Assembly: GCA_009695005.1 (NCBI GenBank)
Contig: SIBU01000004.1
Span: forward strand, 1-50,130
DNA length: 50,130 nucleotides
Direction: 5' to 3'
Origin: Candidatus Tayloriibacteriota bacterium
Lineage (GTDB): Bacteria > Patescibacteriota > Minisyncoccia > Phycocordibacterales > SIBU01
Notes under the pieces: generated by a model
Database searches by the model: none
Told to the model about the DNA's origin: nothing
Seen by the model: the letters and a program-made list of their open reading frames with translations, nothing else
Program-made: the position numbers and the translations under genes
Part shown: in pieces, positions 1 to 8,263 of the stretch
Layout of the letters: each line of letters starts with the position of its first letter
Position numbering within the stretch: the stretch's first letter is position 1

Positions 1-297
1 TTTGGACTAGTGCAAAATACGGGTTATTTTTTTGCCAACAGATTTTTCTACCCCGGTGATGCCTTTTACAATCCCGGTAAACCTATTGAAATTCTCGCTT
101 TACCAGTTGCTGGTCCGTGGATGAAAATTTCCGAGGCGATTGATTATGCTAAAGAGGTAAAACCAAAGGTTTGTTTCCCCGTTCACGATGGTGGTTTGAA
201 AGGACCAGGTATTGCACATAGAGCACCAAAAACAATTTTGCCTCCCGCAGGTATCGAATTTATCGAGATGGTAGAGGGTTCAACTCAGGAATTTTAA
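1..297 (+). CDS. MBL-fold metallo-hydrolase (UlaG/DUF-like), 5' end truncated by the window edge
   Basis: Frame is open from base 1 (FGLVQNTGY...). FFYPGDA, ALPVAGPW and PVHDG match the C-terminal half of beta-lactamase-fold proteins. Confidence 0.7.
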   Translation, partial: FGLVQNTGYFFANRFFYPGDAFYNPGKPIEILALPVAGPWMKISEAIDYAKEVKPKVCFPVHDGGLKGPGIAHRAPKTILPPAGIEFIEMVEGSTQEF

Positions 298-384
298 TTT
301 TCATAAAAGTTTCATTTCGTTATCTCAGGAACTTTGCTTGAGTAAAATTATTAAAAACAATTGGTCATTTTCAGCTACCAGCTA

Positions 385-404
385 CTCTTTACTTAAGTAA
401 AGTT
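385..404. promoter_or_regulatory. Putative operator 1 (CTCTTTA-CTTAAG-TAAAGTT) of the TrpR/HisR-like regulator
   Basis: Palindromic core CTTTAC-N4-GTAAAG at 387-402, just upstream of the -35 box; two more copies at 438 and 831. Confidence 0.75.
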
Positions 405-411
405 ATCAACA

Positions 412-439
412 TTGACATTTTTCTGCCATTTGTTACACT
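412..439 (+). promoter_or_regulatory. Sigma70 promoter of the TrpR-like gene
   Basis: TTGACA at 412-417, 16-bp spacer, extended -10 TGtTACACT at 431-439. Confidence 0.7.
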
Positions 440-455
440 TTACCCAAGTAAAGAA
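436..455. promoter_or_regulatory. Putative operator 2 (CACTTTA-CCCAAG-TAAAGAA) overlapping -10/+1
   Basis: Core CTTTACCCAAGTAAAG at 438-453 overlaps the -10 box and predicted transcription start. Confidence 0.75.
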
Positions 456-468
456 TGGCAGATTGAAT

Positions 469-780
469 ATGTCAAAAAAACAACGAAAAACAAAGGAGAA
501 ATGGACGATCACCGATAACAATGCTTCGGCGTTAGTTCGGGCGTTTCTCTCTATGAAGAGCAGTGCCGAGATGAAGGCCTTTATGCGCGATTTACTTACA
601 GAGTCTGAAATCATTGAGTTTTCCAAGCGTTTTTACACAGCTCAAGCAATTGCAGAAAATACTCACTATGTCGGTATCGAGAGAGTAACCGGATTGAGTT
701 CCCGTACTATTGCTCGAATAAAGAAATGGTATTGGAACGGTACAGGAGGTTACAAGCTCGCGATTAAACGACGAAAATAG
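469..780 (+). CDS. TrpR-like (YerC/YecD, HisR-like) transcriptional regulator
   Basis: FMRDLLTESEIIEFSKRF...Y..IERVTGLSSRTIARIKKW...GTGGY is the YerC/YecD signature. Start placed at ATG 469, downstream of the promoter. Confidence 0.9.
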   Translation: MSKKQRKTKEKWTITDNNASALVRAFLSMKSSAEMKAFMRDLLTESEIIEFSKRFYTAQAIAENTHYVGIERVTGLSSRTIARIKKWYWNGTGGYKLAIKRRK

Positions 781-824
781 AGTATCCTAAAATCGAAGAG
801 TGTCAGTACCATATTTTTTTACCT

Positions 825-852
825 GCTACTCTTTACCCAAGTAAAGAGTAGC
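825..852. promoter_or_regulatory. Putative operator 3, perfect 28-bp palindrome GCTACTCTTTAC-CCAA-GTAAAGAGTAGC
   Basis: 12-bp arms are exact reverse complements; same core as sites 1 and 2; upstream of the leader and the racemase-like operon. Confidence 0.8.
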
Positions 853-895
853 GGATATCACACCTGTTTATAAAACAATAAATGAAATTTGAATT

Positions 896-967
896 ATGAA
901 AAAAATATTAAAAATAAATAGTAAATCTCATCACAATATTCCCTCTGCCGAGAAAGGGTTGTATTGA
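896..967 (+). CDS. Putative attenuator leader peptide MKKILKINSKSHHNIPSAEKGLY (23 aa)
   Basis: ATG 896 to TGA 967, tandem His codons CAT CAC at 929-934, ends 16 nt before a strong terminator. Too short for the ORF track. Confidence 0.5.
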   Translation: MKKILKINSKSHHNIPSAEKGLY

Positions 968-983
968 ATGTTTTTTTCAATTT

Positions 984-1015
984 AACCCCTTCCCGGTAGC
1001 CGGGAAGGGGTTTTT
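984..1015 (+). terminator. Intrinsic terminator (attenuator-type) upstream of the racemase-like gene
   Basis: Perfect 13-bp stem AACCCCTTCCCGG/CCGGGAAGGGGTT with a TAG loop, followed by a T run. Confidence 0.85.
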
Positions 1016-1122
1016 GTTTGTCCACCTTTGAAGTGACAAATGTGTTCTTTTTGGTGTAAGAAAAACCTTTAGCGACTTGCGCCAAAGATAAAAAGGTCGA
1101 ATCAACAAGAAAATATCAAATT

Positions 1123-1890
1123 ATGCAAAATAGTAAAAAATACTTGGTAACAGCAGCTGGCGGTAACGGTACGATAGTCGAACTCTTGAAAGAGGGTTTG
1201 AGCCGTGCAGAATACGCCAAGCAAGGAAAAATTCTAGGCAGGGATTTTGAACCACAAGAGGCGGAACAAGCAGGCTTTCTTATCCCTATAGAAAACCGGT
1301 TTGAGATGGCCGGTGGGGAGTTTTGTGGTAATGCCGCGCGGTCAACTGCCGTCTTACTCTCTATAATTAAAGGATTGACCGAGGTGGAGTTCACTGTGTC
1401 AGGATTTATCGGCACAGTTAAAGCCACTGTGATAAAAATAGGTGGCTCACGATACACCGCGAGGTGTACGTTTGGTGGTTTGCCGGTTATTAGAAAAGAC
1501 GTTTGTCTTAAAAGTGGCCAGGAGGTGTCGGTAGTCGATCTCGGAGGAATCGTACATGTTGTGTTTGAGGCTCCCTTTCCTGTTGATAAAACTTTTTATC
1601 AGAATGCGCACCTTGCTATGATGCGTGAACTTGAACTAGAAAACCGTGAAGCGGTCGGTGTAGTTTGGTTTAAACGCCAGGACAGGTCTGTATTCCTATA
1701 CCCAGTGGTTTGGGTGAAGGAGGTTGACACCTTTTTCTTCGAGCAATCTTGTGGTTCAGGAACAATCGCTGTTGCTCTTGTAACAGGGGCTAAATCAGTT
1801 GTTCAGCCCACTGGAAAAACAATCGAGGTTGAAATCATGAAAAATGGAGTTGTGTTGGAAAGTGAGATGGAGGTTACATATGAAAGTTAA
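1123..1890 (+). CDS. DapF-fold racemase/epimerase, closest in motif pattern to CntK-type histidine racemases
   Basis: AAGGNGT, EQAGF, FEMAGGEFCGNAAR, LYPVVWVKEVDTFFFEQSCGSGT and VVQPTG; both catalytic Cys present (CGN, SCGSG). Confidence 0.8.
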   Translation: MQNSKKYLVTAAGGNGTIVELLKEGLSRAEYAKQGKILGRDFEPQEAEQAGFLIPIENRFEMAGGEFCGNAARSTAVLLSIIKGLTEVEFTVSGFIGTVKATVIKIGGSRYTARCTFGGLPVIRKDVCLKSGQEVSVVDLGGIVHVVFEAPFPVDKTFYQNAHLAMMRELELENREAVGVVWFKRQDRSVFLYPVVWVKEVDTFFFEQSCGSGTIAVALVTGAKSVVQPTGKTIEVEIMKNGVVLESEMEVTYES

Positions 1891-2482
1891 AAAAGTTTGT
1901 GCCGATCTTCCAAGTCTTCGTTCAGGGTTTGTGTCTGTTTACAAAGAAGCTTTTGGTGGTCCGCCATACTATGAAAAGTATGAGGACACCGAGGTTGTAA
2001 ACGACATATGGTTGCCCCACGTAAAAAAAGGACTTGTGGTGCTGGCTTCTGAGGGTGAAAAAACGATAGGGTTTTCTTGCTCTATGCCTTTTTCGGAATC
2101 TCCGGTAGATGTACAAACGTACCTGCTGGGGAAAAAGGAAAATAACTCACTTTCACTTGATGTGCGAGCGATCTGGTACAACTCTGAGCTTGGTGTTGAA
2201 ACACCATATCGAAAAAAAGGCGTAGGGTATGCGCTTATGAGAGTTCGTTTGGCGGAGATCGTGGCGTCGGGCGGGGAATATTATGTAGCTCGTACGGCGT
2301 CAGTAGGTTCAAACTCTCTTCATCTCTATGAGAGGATCGGATCGGTGAAATTGCCAGGCAGTCATAATGTTTCCATTTCCGACCAAGTGATCGTGAATAA
2401 ATCACAGAGCACTGAACGAATCTATCTCTACGGTAGCTGTAAAGAAGCTATAAGAGAAATTGATGTCATCCTAACGGAATAA
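1880..2482 (+). CDS. GNAT family N-acetyltransferase
   Basis: Acetyl-CoA loop YRKKGVGYAL and C-terminal SLHLYERIG. ATG 1880 follows GGAGG and overlaps the upstream gene end. Confidence 0.8.
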   Translation: MKVKKVCADLPSLRSGFVSVYKEAFGGPPYYEKYEDTEVVNDIWLPHVKKGLVVLASEGEKTIGFSCSMPFSESPVDVQTYLLGKKENNSLSLDVRAIWYNSELGVETPYRKKGVGYALMRVRLAEIVASGGEYYVARTASVGSNSLHLYERIGSVKLPGSHNVSISDQVIVNKSQSTERIYLYGSCKEAIREIDVILTE

Positions 2483-2510
2483 TTTTTCGTCAAGACAGAG
2501 TAGATAATTG

Positions 2511-2538
2511 GGACCGTCTTAATTGGCGGTCCTTTTTT
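2511..2538 (+). terminator. Intrinsic terminator between convergent operons
   Basis: Stem GGACCGTC/GGCGGTCC (one G-U) followed by TTTTTT. Confidence 0.65.
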
Positions 2539-3244
2539 ATATTTTAAAATCTAGATGGGAATAGAGGGAACATTTTTTGTCGTAAAAGCATGCCCATTCT
2601 TTATCCCCGTACGAAAAGTGCCACCACTCTCCGTAAAATGGAGCAAATCCTTCTTTCGTGAGGGCGTCATGGAGTATAAGTCGGTTTTTTGTTTGAATCG
2701 AAGAAACCCCTTTGTCAAAAGTTTTTATTTTTTCGGGTTCTGTAAAGTCGGCAATGCGTGTTCCCATATCTAAAGCCTCTCGTTTTTTATCGACGATTGT
2801 AATATCTACAGCACCGCCCGTAGGATGGCCAGCAACGGAAGGTACAGCGCAAAAGTTGTGTGTGAGCGAGTCAAGTTCTTGAGATGAAAAGTGAGGATGA
2901 AGTTCTGAAAGTTTTGTCCGCTGGGCATCGAAATATTTTTTTTGAATTTCCGGGTACCGATATCCGTATACTACTCGAAGACAAAGTCCCATTTGTTTAA
3001 GCTCGTTGTTTGCGGCTGCAAGCTTCCTTGCAACGGCATCTCGGACAAAAATTTTATCGCCTGTATACGGTAACATGTCCTTTTTTTCGTATTCGGCAAT
3101 AATCGTATCGTCATATGTATTGACAAGAGTCATCGATTCTCCATTTTCCGATGATGGCGTTTCTCGTAGCTCCTCGTAAGTGATTATTCTTTCTTTTTTT
3201 GAATTCATGTCTATGGTTAGCTTGATTTTATCATGATCATTCAT
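2537..3244 (-). CDS. D-Ala-D-Ala dipeptidase (VanX/DdpX, peptidase M15 family)
   Basis: YGYR, HPTGGAVDIT, MGT and EWWHFSYGD zinc-peptidase motifs. Start overlaps the permease stop (ATGAATGA). Confidence 0.85.
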   Translation of the reverse strand: MNDHDKIKLTIDMNSKKERIITYEELRETPSSENGESMTLVNTYDDTIIAEYEKKDMLPYTGDKIFVRDAVARKLAAANNELKQMGLCLRVVYGYRYPEIQKKYFDAQRTKLSELHPHFSSQELDSLTHNFCAVPSVAGHPTGGAVDITIVDKKREALDMGTRIADFTEPEKIKTFDKGVSSIQTKNRLILHDALTKEGFAPFYGEWWHFSYGDKEWACFYDKKCSLYSHLDFKI

Positions 3245-4475
3245 ACCGTAAAGCCTCCATCGGGCTTTTGGAGGCTGCGTGCTTGGCAGGGTAGATACCG
3301 AATACTAGGCCGATAGTGGCGGAGACGAAAAGGCCTAAGATGGCGCCGGTCCAAGGAAAGTTAAACGGCCACGAAATGGCTGCGAAATTAATGAGGATTT
3401 GGCCTATGAGGAAAGCCAATCCTGTACCGATTATTATGCCTACTATGCCGCCTATGCTGGTCAGCACCACAGCTTCAATTAGAAACTGCGTCAGAATATC
3501 TTGATTGGTCGCGCCGATTGATTTGCGTAGGCCGATTTCCTTGGTGCGCTCGGTGACGGATACCAGCATGATATTCATGATGCCGACACCTCCCACGAAG
3601 AGTGAAATAGAGGCCATGGCGACGAGAAATAATGTTAAAGCAGTTGTAATTGTACCTAGTCGATTGGCCAAATCTGCTTGAGTTTGAACGAAAAAATCAT
3701 CTTTGTCCGGGTCGGTAATATCATGCGAGTTGCGCAAAGTGATGCGAACATCTTCAGCGACCTGATCAATGTTTTTATCAGTGTCCGCTTCAACGATCAT
3801 GCGGTGGAAATATTTAATGCCGAAAATATATTCCTGTGCGGTGGTGTAGGGGATGATGGCGATTTCATCAAAGTTGAAAAACGACACTTGACCTTTTTTT
3901 GGAAGAACACCAACAACTCTAAGGTTAAGATTTTTAATTCTAATTTTTTGGCCAACAGCGTCACTTGCGCCAAACAATTCATCTTTAACTTTTGAACCGA
4001 TGACTACTACATTGGCTCTGCTTCTCGTGTCATCTTCTGTAAAAAACTGTCCAGCTTCCGGCACAAGATCAAAAATACTTGAAATAAGCTCTGTGCCTCC
4101 AAAAACTGTTAGTCTGTATGTGTTATTTTCATAAAGACCTGTCTCACCGCCAAAAACAATCGGCATAACTTTGCTAAGATTTGGAACGTTAGATTTTCTC
4201 TGGAGTGCCACCAAGTCTTTTTCTCTAAGTGAGTCACTGAATAACTGAGCAGAATCAGATGGACCTTTTGGTTGGCGTCCCGGAACAACGGCCACAGTTT
4301 TCGAACCTAATCCTTGCACTTGTGAAAGAATAAAATTTTGAGCGCCCGCACCGAGAGACATTACTAAAATAATAGAGGTGATACCGATGACAATTCCAAA
4401 AATTGTAAGAAACGATCGGGTTTTGTTTGTCTTAAGTCCCGTAACGGCGTTTTTAAAATGGTGGGTAAGTTTCAT
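3237..4475 (-). CDS. ABC transporter permease, MacB/FtsX-like
   Basis: NKTRSFLTIFGIVIGI, GGVGIMNIMLVSVTERTKEIGLRKSIGA and SPMEALRYE. Confidence 0.92.
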   Translation of the reverse strand: MKLTHHFKNAVTGLKTNKTRSFLTIFGIVIGITSIILVMSLGAGAQNFILSQVQGLGSKTVAVVPGRQPKGPSDSAQLFSDSLREKDLVALQRKSNVPNLSKVMPIVFGGETGLYENNTYRLTVFGGTELISSIFDLVPEAGQFFTEDDTRSRANVVVIGSKVKDELFGASDAVGQKIRIKNLNLRVVGVLPKKGQVSFFNFDEIAIIPYTTAQEYIFGIKYFHRMIVEADTDKNIDQVAEDVRITLRNSHDITDPDKDDFFVQTQADLANRLGTITTALTLFLVAMASISLFVGGVGIMNIMLVSVTERTKEIGLRKSIGATNQDILTQFLIEAVVLTSIGGIVGIIIGTGLAFLIGQILINFAAISWPFNFPWTGAILGLFVSATIGLVFGIYPAKHAASKSPMEALRYE

Positions 4476-4966
4476 ATGTTTTCTAGAACCACTCTTTCTA
4501 TCCCCGACCTTTCAATTTCCAATTCGATTTGGGTTTTCATGTTAAAAACATCACTTTCGTTTGATTTCCTACTCCTGATTCTTTCTCTCAAGATATTATC
4601 TGGAACAGTAATTTCAATAACCAAATCAGACGGAAAAACAATTGTACCGAAAACCGGGCGACCAGCTTCTATTTTTATTAGTTCATGAGCTTTTCGTGTC
4701 ATAAATTGACCGACTTCCGGTGTCCAGGGCCCACAGACATAATCAATTTCCTGTTGAGTAAGTAGTGGGGCAATCCCTTTTTTATTGTTACCGAAAAGTA
4801 GATCATCCATATCCACCGCTTCAGGTAAATAACTAAGCAATGTTGATTTTCCAACGCAGCTAGCACCAACGACACAAATTCTTTTTTCGATATTGTCTGA
4901 AAAAAGTTTTCTCATTTTATCGATAGTGGGCGGTAGTTGTTCAATTTGTGGGGTCGTATTTTCCAT
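4472..4966 (-). CDS. Small P-loop NTPase/kinase-like protein of unknown specificity
   Basis: Walker A GASCVGKST, DMDD motif and LRERIRSRK lid-like segment. Stop overlaps the permease start (ATGA). Confidence 0.65.
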   Translation of the reverse strand: MENTTPQIEQLPPTIDKMRKLFSDNIEKRICVVGASCVGKSTLLSYLPEAVDMDDLLFGNNKKGIAPLLTQQEIDYVCGPWTPEVGQFMTRKAHELIKIEAGRPVFGTIVFPSDLVIEITVPDNILRERIRSRKSNESDVFNMKTQIELEIERSGIERVVLENI

Positions 4967-4972
4967 GACATT

Positions 4973-5689
4973 TTATTTCACAAATTTTTCAAATGCGTTG
5001 CGTCGATTAGAAACTTTTTCATCAGATTCAATCATACCGTCTCGTAGGTGAATGATTCTTTTGGCGCTTTCGGCTGTATAGGTTTCGTGTGTGATGAGAA
5101 TAACCGTATGCCCCGAATCATTTAATTTTTGAATGATCTCCATCACCGTCTGTCCCGATTTTGAATCAAGATTTCCAGTTGGCTCGTCAGCAAAAATAAT
5201 TGATGGTTTTTGAATTAGAGCTCGGGCGATAGCAACGCGTTGACGTTCACCACCTGAAAGTTCAGATGGCCCGTGCTCTAAACGGTGAGAAAGACCAACT
5301 GATTTGAGTGCTTCTTTGGCCAGTCCGTCCCATTCTCGCTCCGGAACCTTTGAGTAGAGAAGTGGAAGCTTTACGTTTTCCAGCACTGTTGTTCTGGCTA
5401 AAAGATTAAAGGTTTGAAAAATAAATCCAACTTTTTCATTTCGGATTTTTGCCAGTTCTTCGTCGCTGTAAAGTGATACATTTTTACTTTCAAAAAAATA
5501 ATCACCGGAGGTGTGCTTATCGAGAAGCCCGAGAATATGAAGTAAAGTAGATTTTCCAGAGCCTGATGGACCCATGATGGCAACAAAATCACCAGGTTCG
5601 ATTGCAAAGGAGACATCTTTTAGTGCTGTAGTAGCCAAACCATCATCTTCGTAGGTTTTGTTGATATTTTTTATCTCAATGAGAGCCAT
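4973..5689 (-). CDS. ABC transporter ATP-binding protein (MacB/LolD-like)
   Basis: GPSGSGKST, LSGGERQRVAIARAL, ADEPTGNLD and ITH. Confidence 0.95.
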   Translation of the reverse strand: MALIEIKNINKTYEDDGLATTALKDVSFAIEPGDFVAIMGPSGSGKSTLLHILGLLDKHTSGDYFFESKNVSLYSDEELAKIRNEKVGFIFQTFNLLARTTVLENVKLPLLYSKVPEREWDGLAKEALKSVGLSHRLEHGPSELSGGERQRVAIARALIQKPSIIFADEPTGNLDSKSGQTVMEIIQKLNDSGHTVILITHETYTAESAKRIIHLRDGMIESDEKVSNRRNAFEKFVK

Positions 5690-5690
5690 G

Positions 5691-7220
5691 TTATTTTGCT
5701 TGGCCAGATGTGACGATGACGGCCTTGGCGTTTAGGCCTGACAGAATCTCAACTTCTCCGTTTGAACCCCTGATTCCTGTCGTTATCTCGTGTTCAGAAA
5801 TGATTTTTCCTTCCATGACTCCAACAAATTTTTTATTATTTTTTTCATAAACAGATCTCTGTGGCACGGACAGAACGTTCGTTTTGGATGCCGTTACGAT
5901 GGTTGTGTTTGCGGTCATTCCTGAGCGAATTCTTTCGTCAACAACATCAAATTCCAATGTTGTTTTGTAGGTAGAAACGCCGTCAATTGTAGTTTCGGCA
6001 GGATCTATTTTTACGACATGGGCTTGAAATGAAACTCCATTGCCGTAAGCGTCTAGAGTTATCGTTGCCTTGTTACCTATCGTGATTTTTGCTATGTCGA
6101 CTTCTGGAATGAATGCCTCCACTTTAAAATTTCCACTTGCTACGGAAATGATTACTGTGTTTGCTGGGGCGATTTCTCCAACTTTGGCTTCTTGTTTTGT
6201 CACTATTCCTGAAATGGGGGAGACAATATATGTTTTTGCTAATACTGCTTCGGCATTTTTAACATTCGCTAAAGCACTTGCAATGTCAGCAAGAGCTCCT
6301 GCAAGTACTTCGGATGTTGCGCCAACTTTTGTAAGTTGAAGTTCTTTTTCAGCTGCTTCTACTGTAATTTTTTGGGTGGTAATTGTTTGAATCTGGTCTG
6401 TAACACTAGTTATGGCGGTGTTGATGTTTGTTCTTGCGGTATTCAATGCGTCTTTGTTTGTTGTAAGTGTCGCTTCCGAAAGATTGAGCGCCGAGTTTAG
6501 TGCACGGTTTGCCGTTGTTATGAAATCATTAATCGAAAGGAGGTATTTTTTTGTTTGGATTAAGGATTCTTCATTTCCGGCGGTGGTTAGGGAAGAGTTT
6601 TGTGATAATTTTTTTAAATTATTTAGTGTTGTTTCAGCATCTCTACGGCCATTTTGGGAATCTACAACGGTCTGTTGATCGCTCGAATAGAAGGAAATTT
6701 GTGGGTTTGCGGTGGCAGCGTTTCCAAAAAGAGTGTCTGCCTGTCTCCTGACGGCGTTATCAGCTTTGTTGAATGCATCTAAAACTATGTTTGGCACCGC
6801 AATATAAGCAGTGGCTAGATCCGATTTAGCTTTTGCAAGTTCAGTTTCCTTTAAGCTTATCTCTTCTGGACGTCCACCAGCCCTGAGGTCGTTGTAGTGT
6901 GCCTTCTTTGAATCATGTTTTGCTTTCGCATCTTCTACGGCAGAAGCCTCAACTCCGTTATCTAGAATTACTAAAACATCGCTTTCATTTATTTTGTCCC
7001 CGACTTCAGATTTGATTTTTCTGACACGACCAGCTCTTTCAAATCCAAGTTCAACCGCGGCCTTGTCTTTGACTGTGCCAGAAACAGCCACCTCTTGTGA
7101 AAGGTCACCAAGCTTCACAATCGCAGTTGTGTATTTTTGACCCCCATTATTTGACTTGTAATAAATCAATACGGCAATAATGACAACAAAACCAAGAATC
7201 GTATAAATGATTTTTTTCAT
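5691..7220 (-). CDS. Membrane fusion/periplasmic adaptor protein (MacA/HlyD-like) with long coiled coil
   Basis: N-terminal TM, GRVRKIKSEVGDKI and SPISGIV lipoyl-like halves, long helical hairpin, RIRSGMTA. Confidence 0.88.
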   Translation of the reverse strand: MKKIIYTILGFVVIIAVLIYYKSNNGGQKYTTAIVKLGDLSQEVAVSGTVKDKAAVELGFERAGRVRKIKSEVGDKINESDVLVILDNGVEASAVEDAKAKHDSKKAHYNDLRAGGRPEEISLKETELAKAKSDLATAYIAVPNIVLDAFNKADNAVRRQADTLFGNAATANPQISFYSSDQQTVVDSQNGRRDAETTLNNLKKLSQNSSLTTAGNEESLIQTKKYLLSINDFITTANRALNSALNLSEATLTTNKDALNTARTNINTAITSVTDQIQTITTQKITVEAAEKELQLTKVGATSEVLAGALADIASALANVKNAEAVLAKTYIVSPISGIVTKQEAKVGEIAPANTVIISVASGNFKVEAFIPEVDIAKITIGNKATITLDAYGNGVSFQAHVVKIDPAETTIDGVSTYKTTLEFDVVDERIRSGMTANTTIVTASKTNVLSVPQRSVYEKNNKKFVGVMEGKIISEHEITTGIRGSNGEVEILSGLNAKAVIVTSGQAK

Positions 7221-7310
7221 AATGAGTTAATTTAAGCGTTATTTTTCGTACTATATCACATAAATTAGCACCCGACTAACTTAAATTCTTTATGATATAC
7301 TCAAATTGAA

Positions 7311-8219
7311 ATGATGATGGATAAGTCTGCAATAGACAAAAAAAAGCTTTTAAATGGCCATATATTAGATGGTAAGGTTCTTCGTGACCTCGGTGTTCAG
7401 AGACTTAAGCTGGCTTTTTCTAAATTTGTTGGAAAGCCGACTCTGGCAGTTATTCAGGTTGGTGACTTGGCTGAGTCTAGTGCTTACATTGAACAAAAAA
7501 GAAAATTTGCCGAAAAAATTGGTGCCGGCTTTATACATGAAAAATTTTCGGCAGATGTTTCTGAAGAAGATTTGTCTAGTGCGATAAATAGGTTAAACAG
7601 TAATTCAAAAATTAACGGTATTATTGTTCAGCTGCCTATCCCTGTTGCTTTAAATAAGAGGAAAATTATCGATACTATTCTTCCAAAGAAAGATGTCGAT
7701 GGTTTGACGACAACAAATAAGAAACTTTTTGAGACGGAAAATTCTAGTGCGATTGTGCCTGCAACTGCGCGAGGAGTTCTTTCTCTTCTTGAGGGTTATG
7801 GAATTGATGTAAATAAAAAGAAGGTTACGGTGGTAGGTAGGAGTGAATTGGTTGGAGGACCGATCGCTACACTTTTTGCTCATAAGGGATCTTTGGTGAC
7901 CGTTTGTCATCGTGGAACACCAGATATGACGACTAAATGCAGAAATGCGGATATTCTTATAGTTGCCACAGGTGTCCCTCGTCTTGTTGATAGGAATTAT
8001 GTAACTGAGAATCAGGTCGTTGTTGATGTCGGAATAAGTTCGGTCCTGGGAGATAAATTGGAGGAGGAAATCCCTCGTAAAGTTTTGGTAGGGGATGTAG
8101 ATTTTAATGATGTTAAGGATATTGTTAGTGCTATTTCACCTGTTCCTGGAGGAGTAGGGCCCATGACCGTACTTTCTTTGTTTGAAAATTTGTTTGACGC
8201 TTCAAAAAATGTAATTTAA
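7311..8219 (+). CDS. folD: Bifunctional methylenetetrahydrofolate dehydrogenase/cyclohydrolase
   Basis: GIIVQLP, KDVDG, VVGRSELVG, VVDVG and SPVPGGVGPMTV. Confidence 0.95.
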   Translation: MMMDKSAIDKKKLLNGHILDGKVLRDLGVQRLKLAFSKFVGKPTLAVIQVGDLAESSAYIEQKRKFAEKIGAGFIHEKFSADVSEEDLSSAINRLNSNSKINGIIVQLPIPVALNKRKIIDTILPKKDVDGLTTTNKKLFETENSSAIVPATARGVLSLLEGYGIDVNKKKVTVVGRSELVGGPIATLFAHKGSLVTVCHRGTPDMTTKCRNADILIVATGVPRLVDRNYVTENQVVVDVGISSVLGDKLEEEIPRKVLVGDVDFNDVKDIVSAISPVPGGVGPMTVLSLFENLFDASKNVI

Positions 8220-8263
8220 TATTTAGGAGAAGAGTTTTGGTTTATTAACTAATTTACAAATTT

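Noticed and set aside
1123-1890. Calling this gene dapF (lysine biosynthesis) or part of a staphylopine cluster
   Set aside because: It lacks the DapF N-terminal KMHGxGNDF pattern and no dap/lys genes are nearby. No nicotianamine-synthase (cntL) or opine-dehydrogenase (cntM) gene is in the window.
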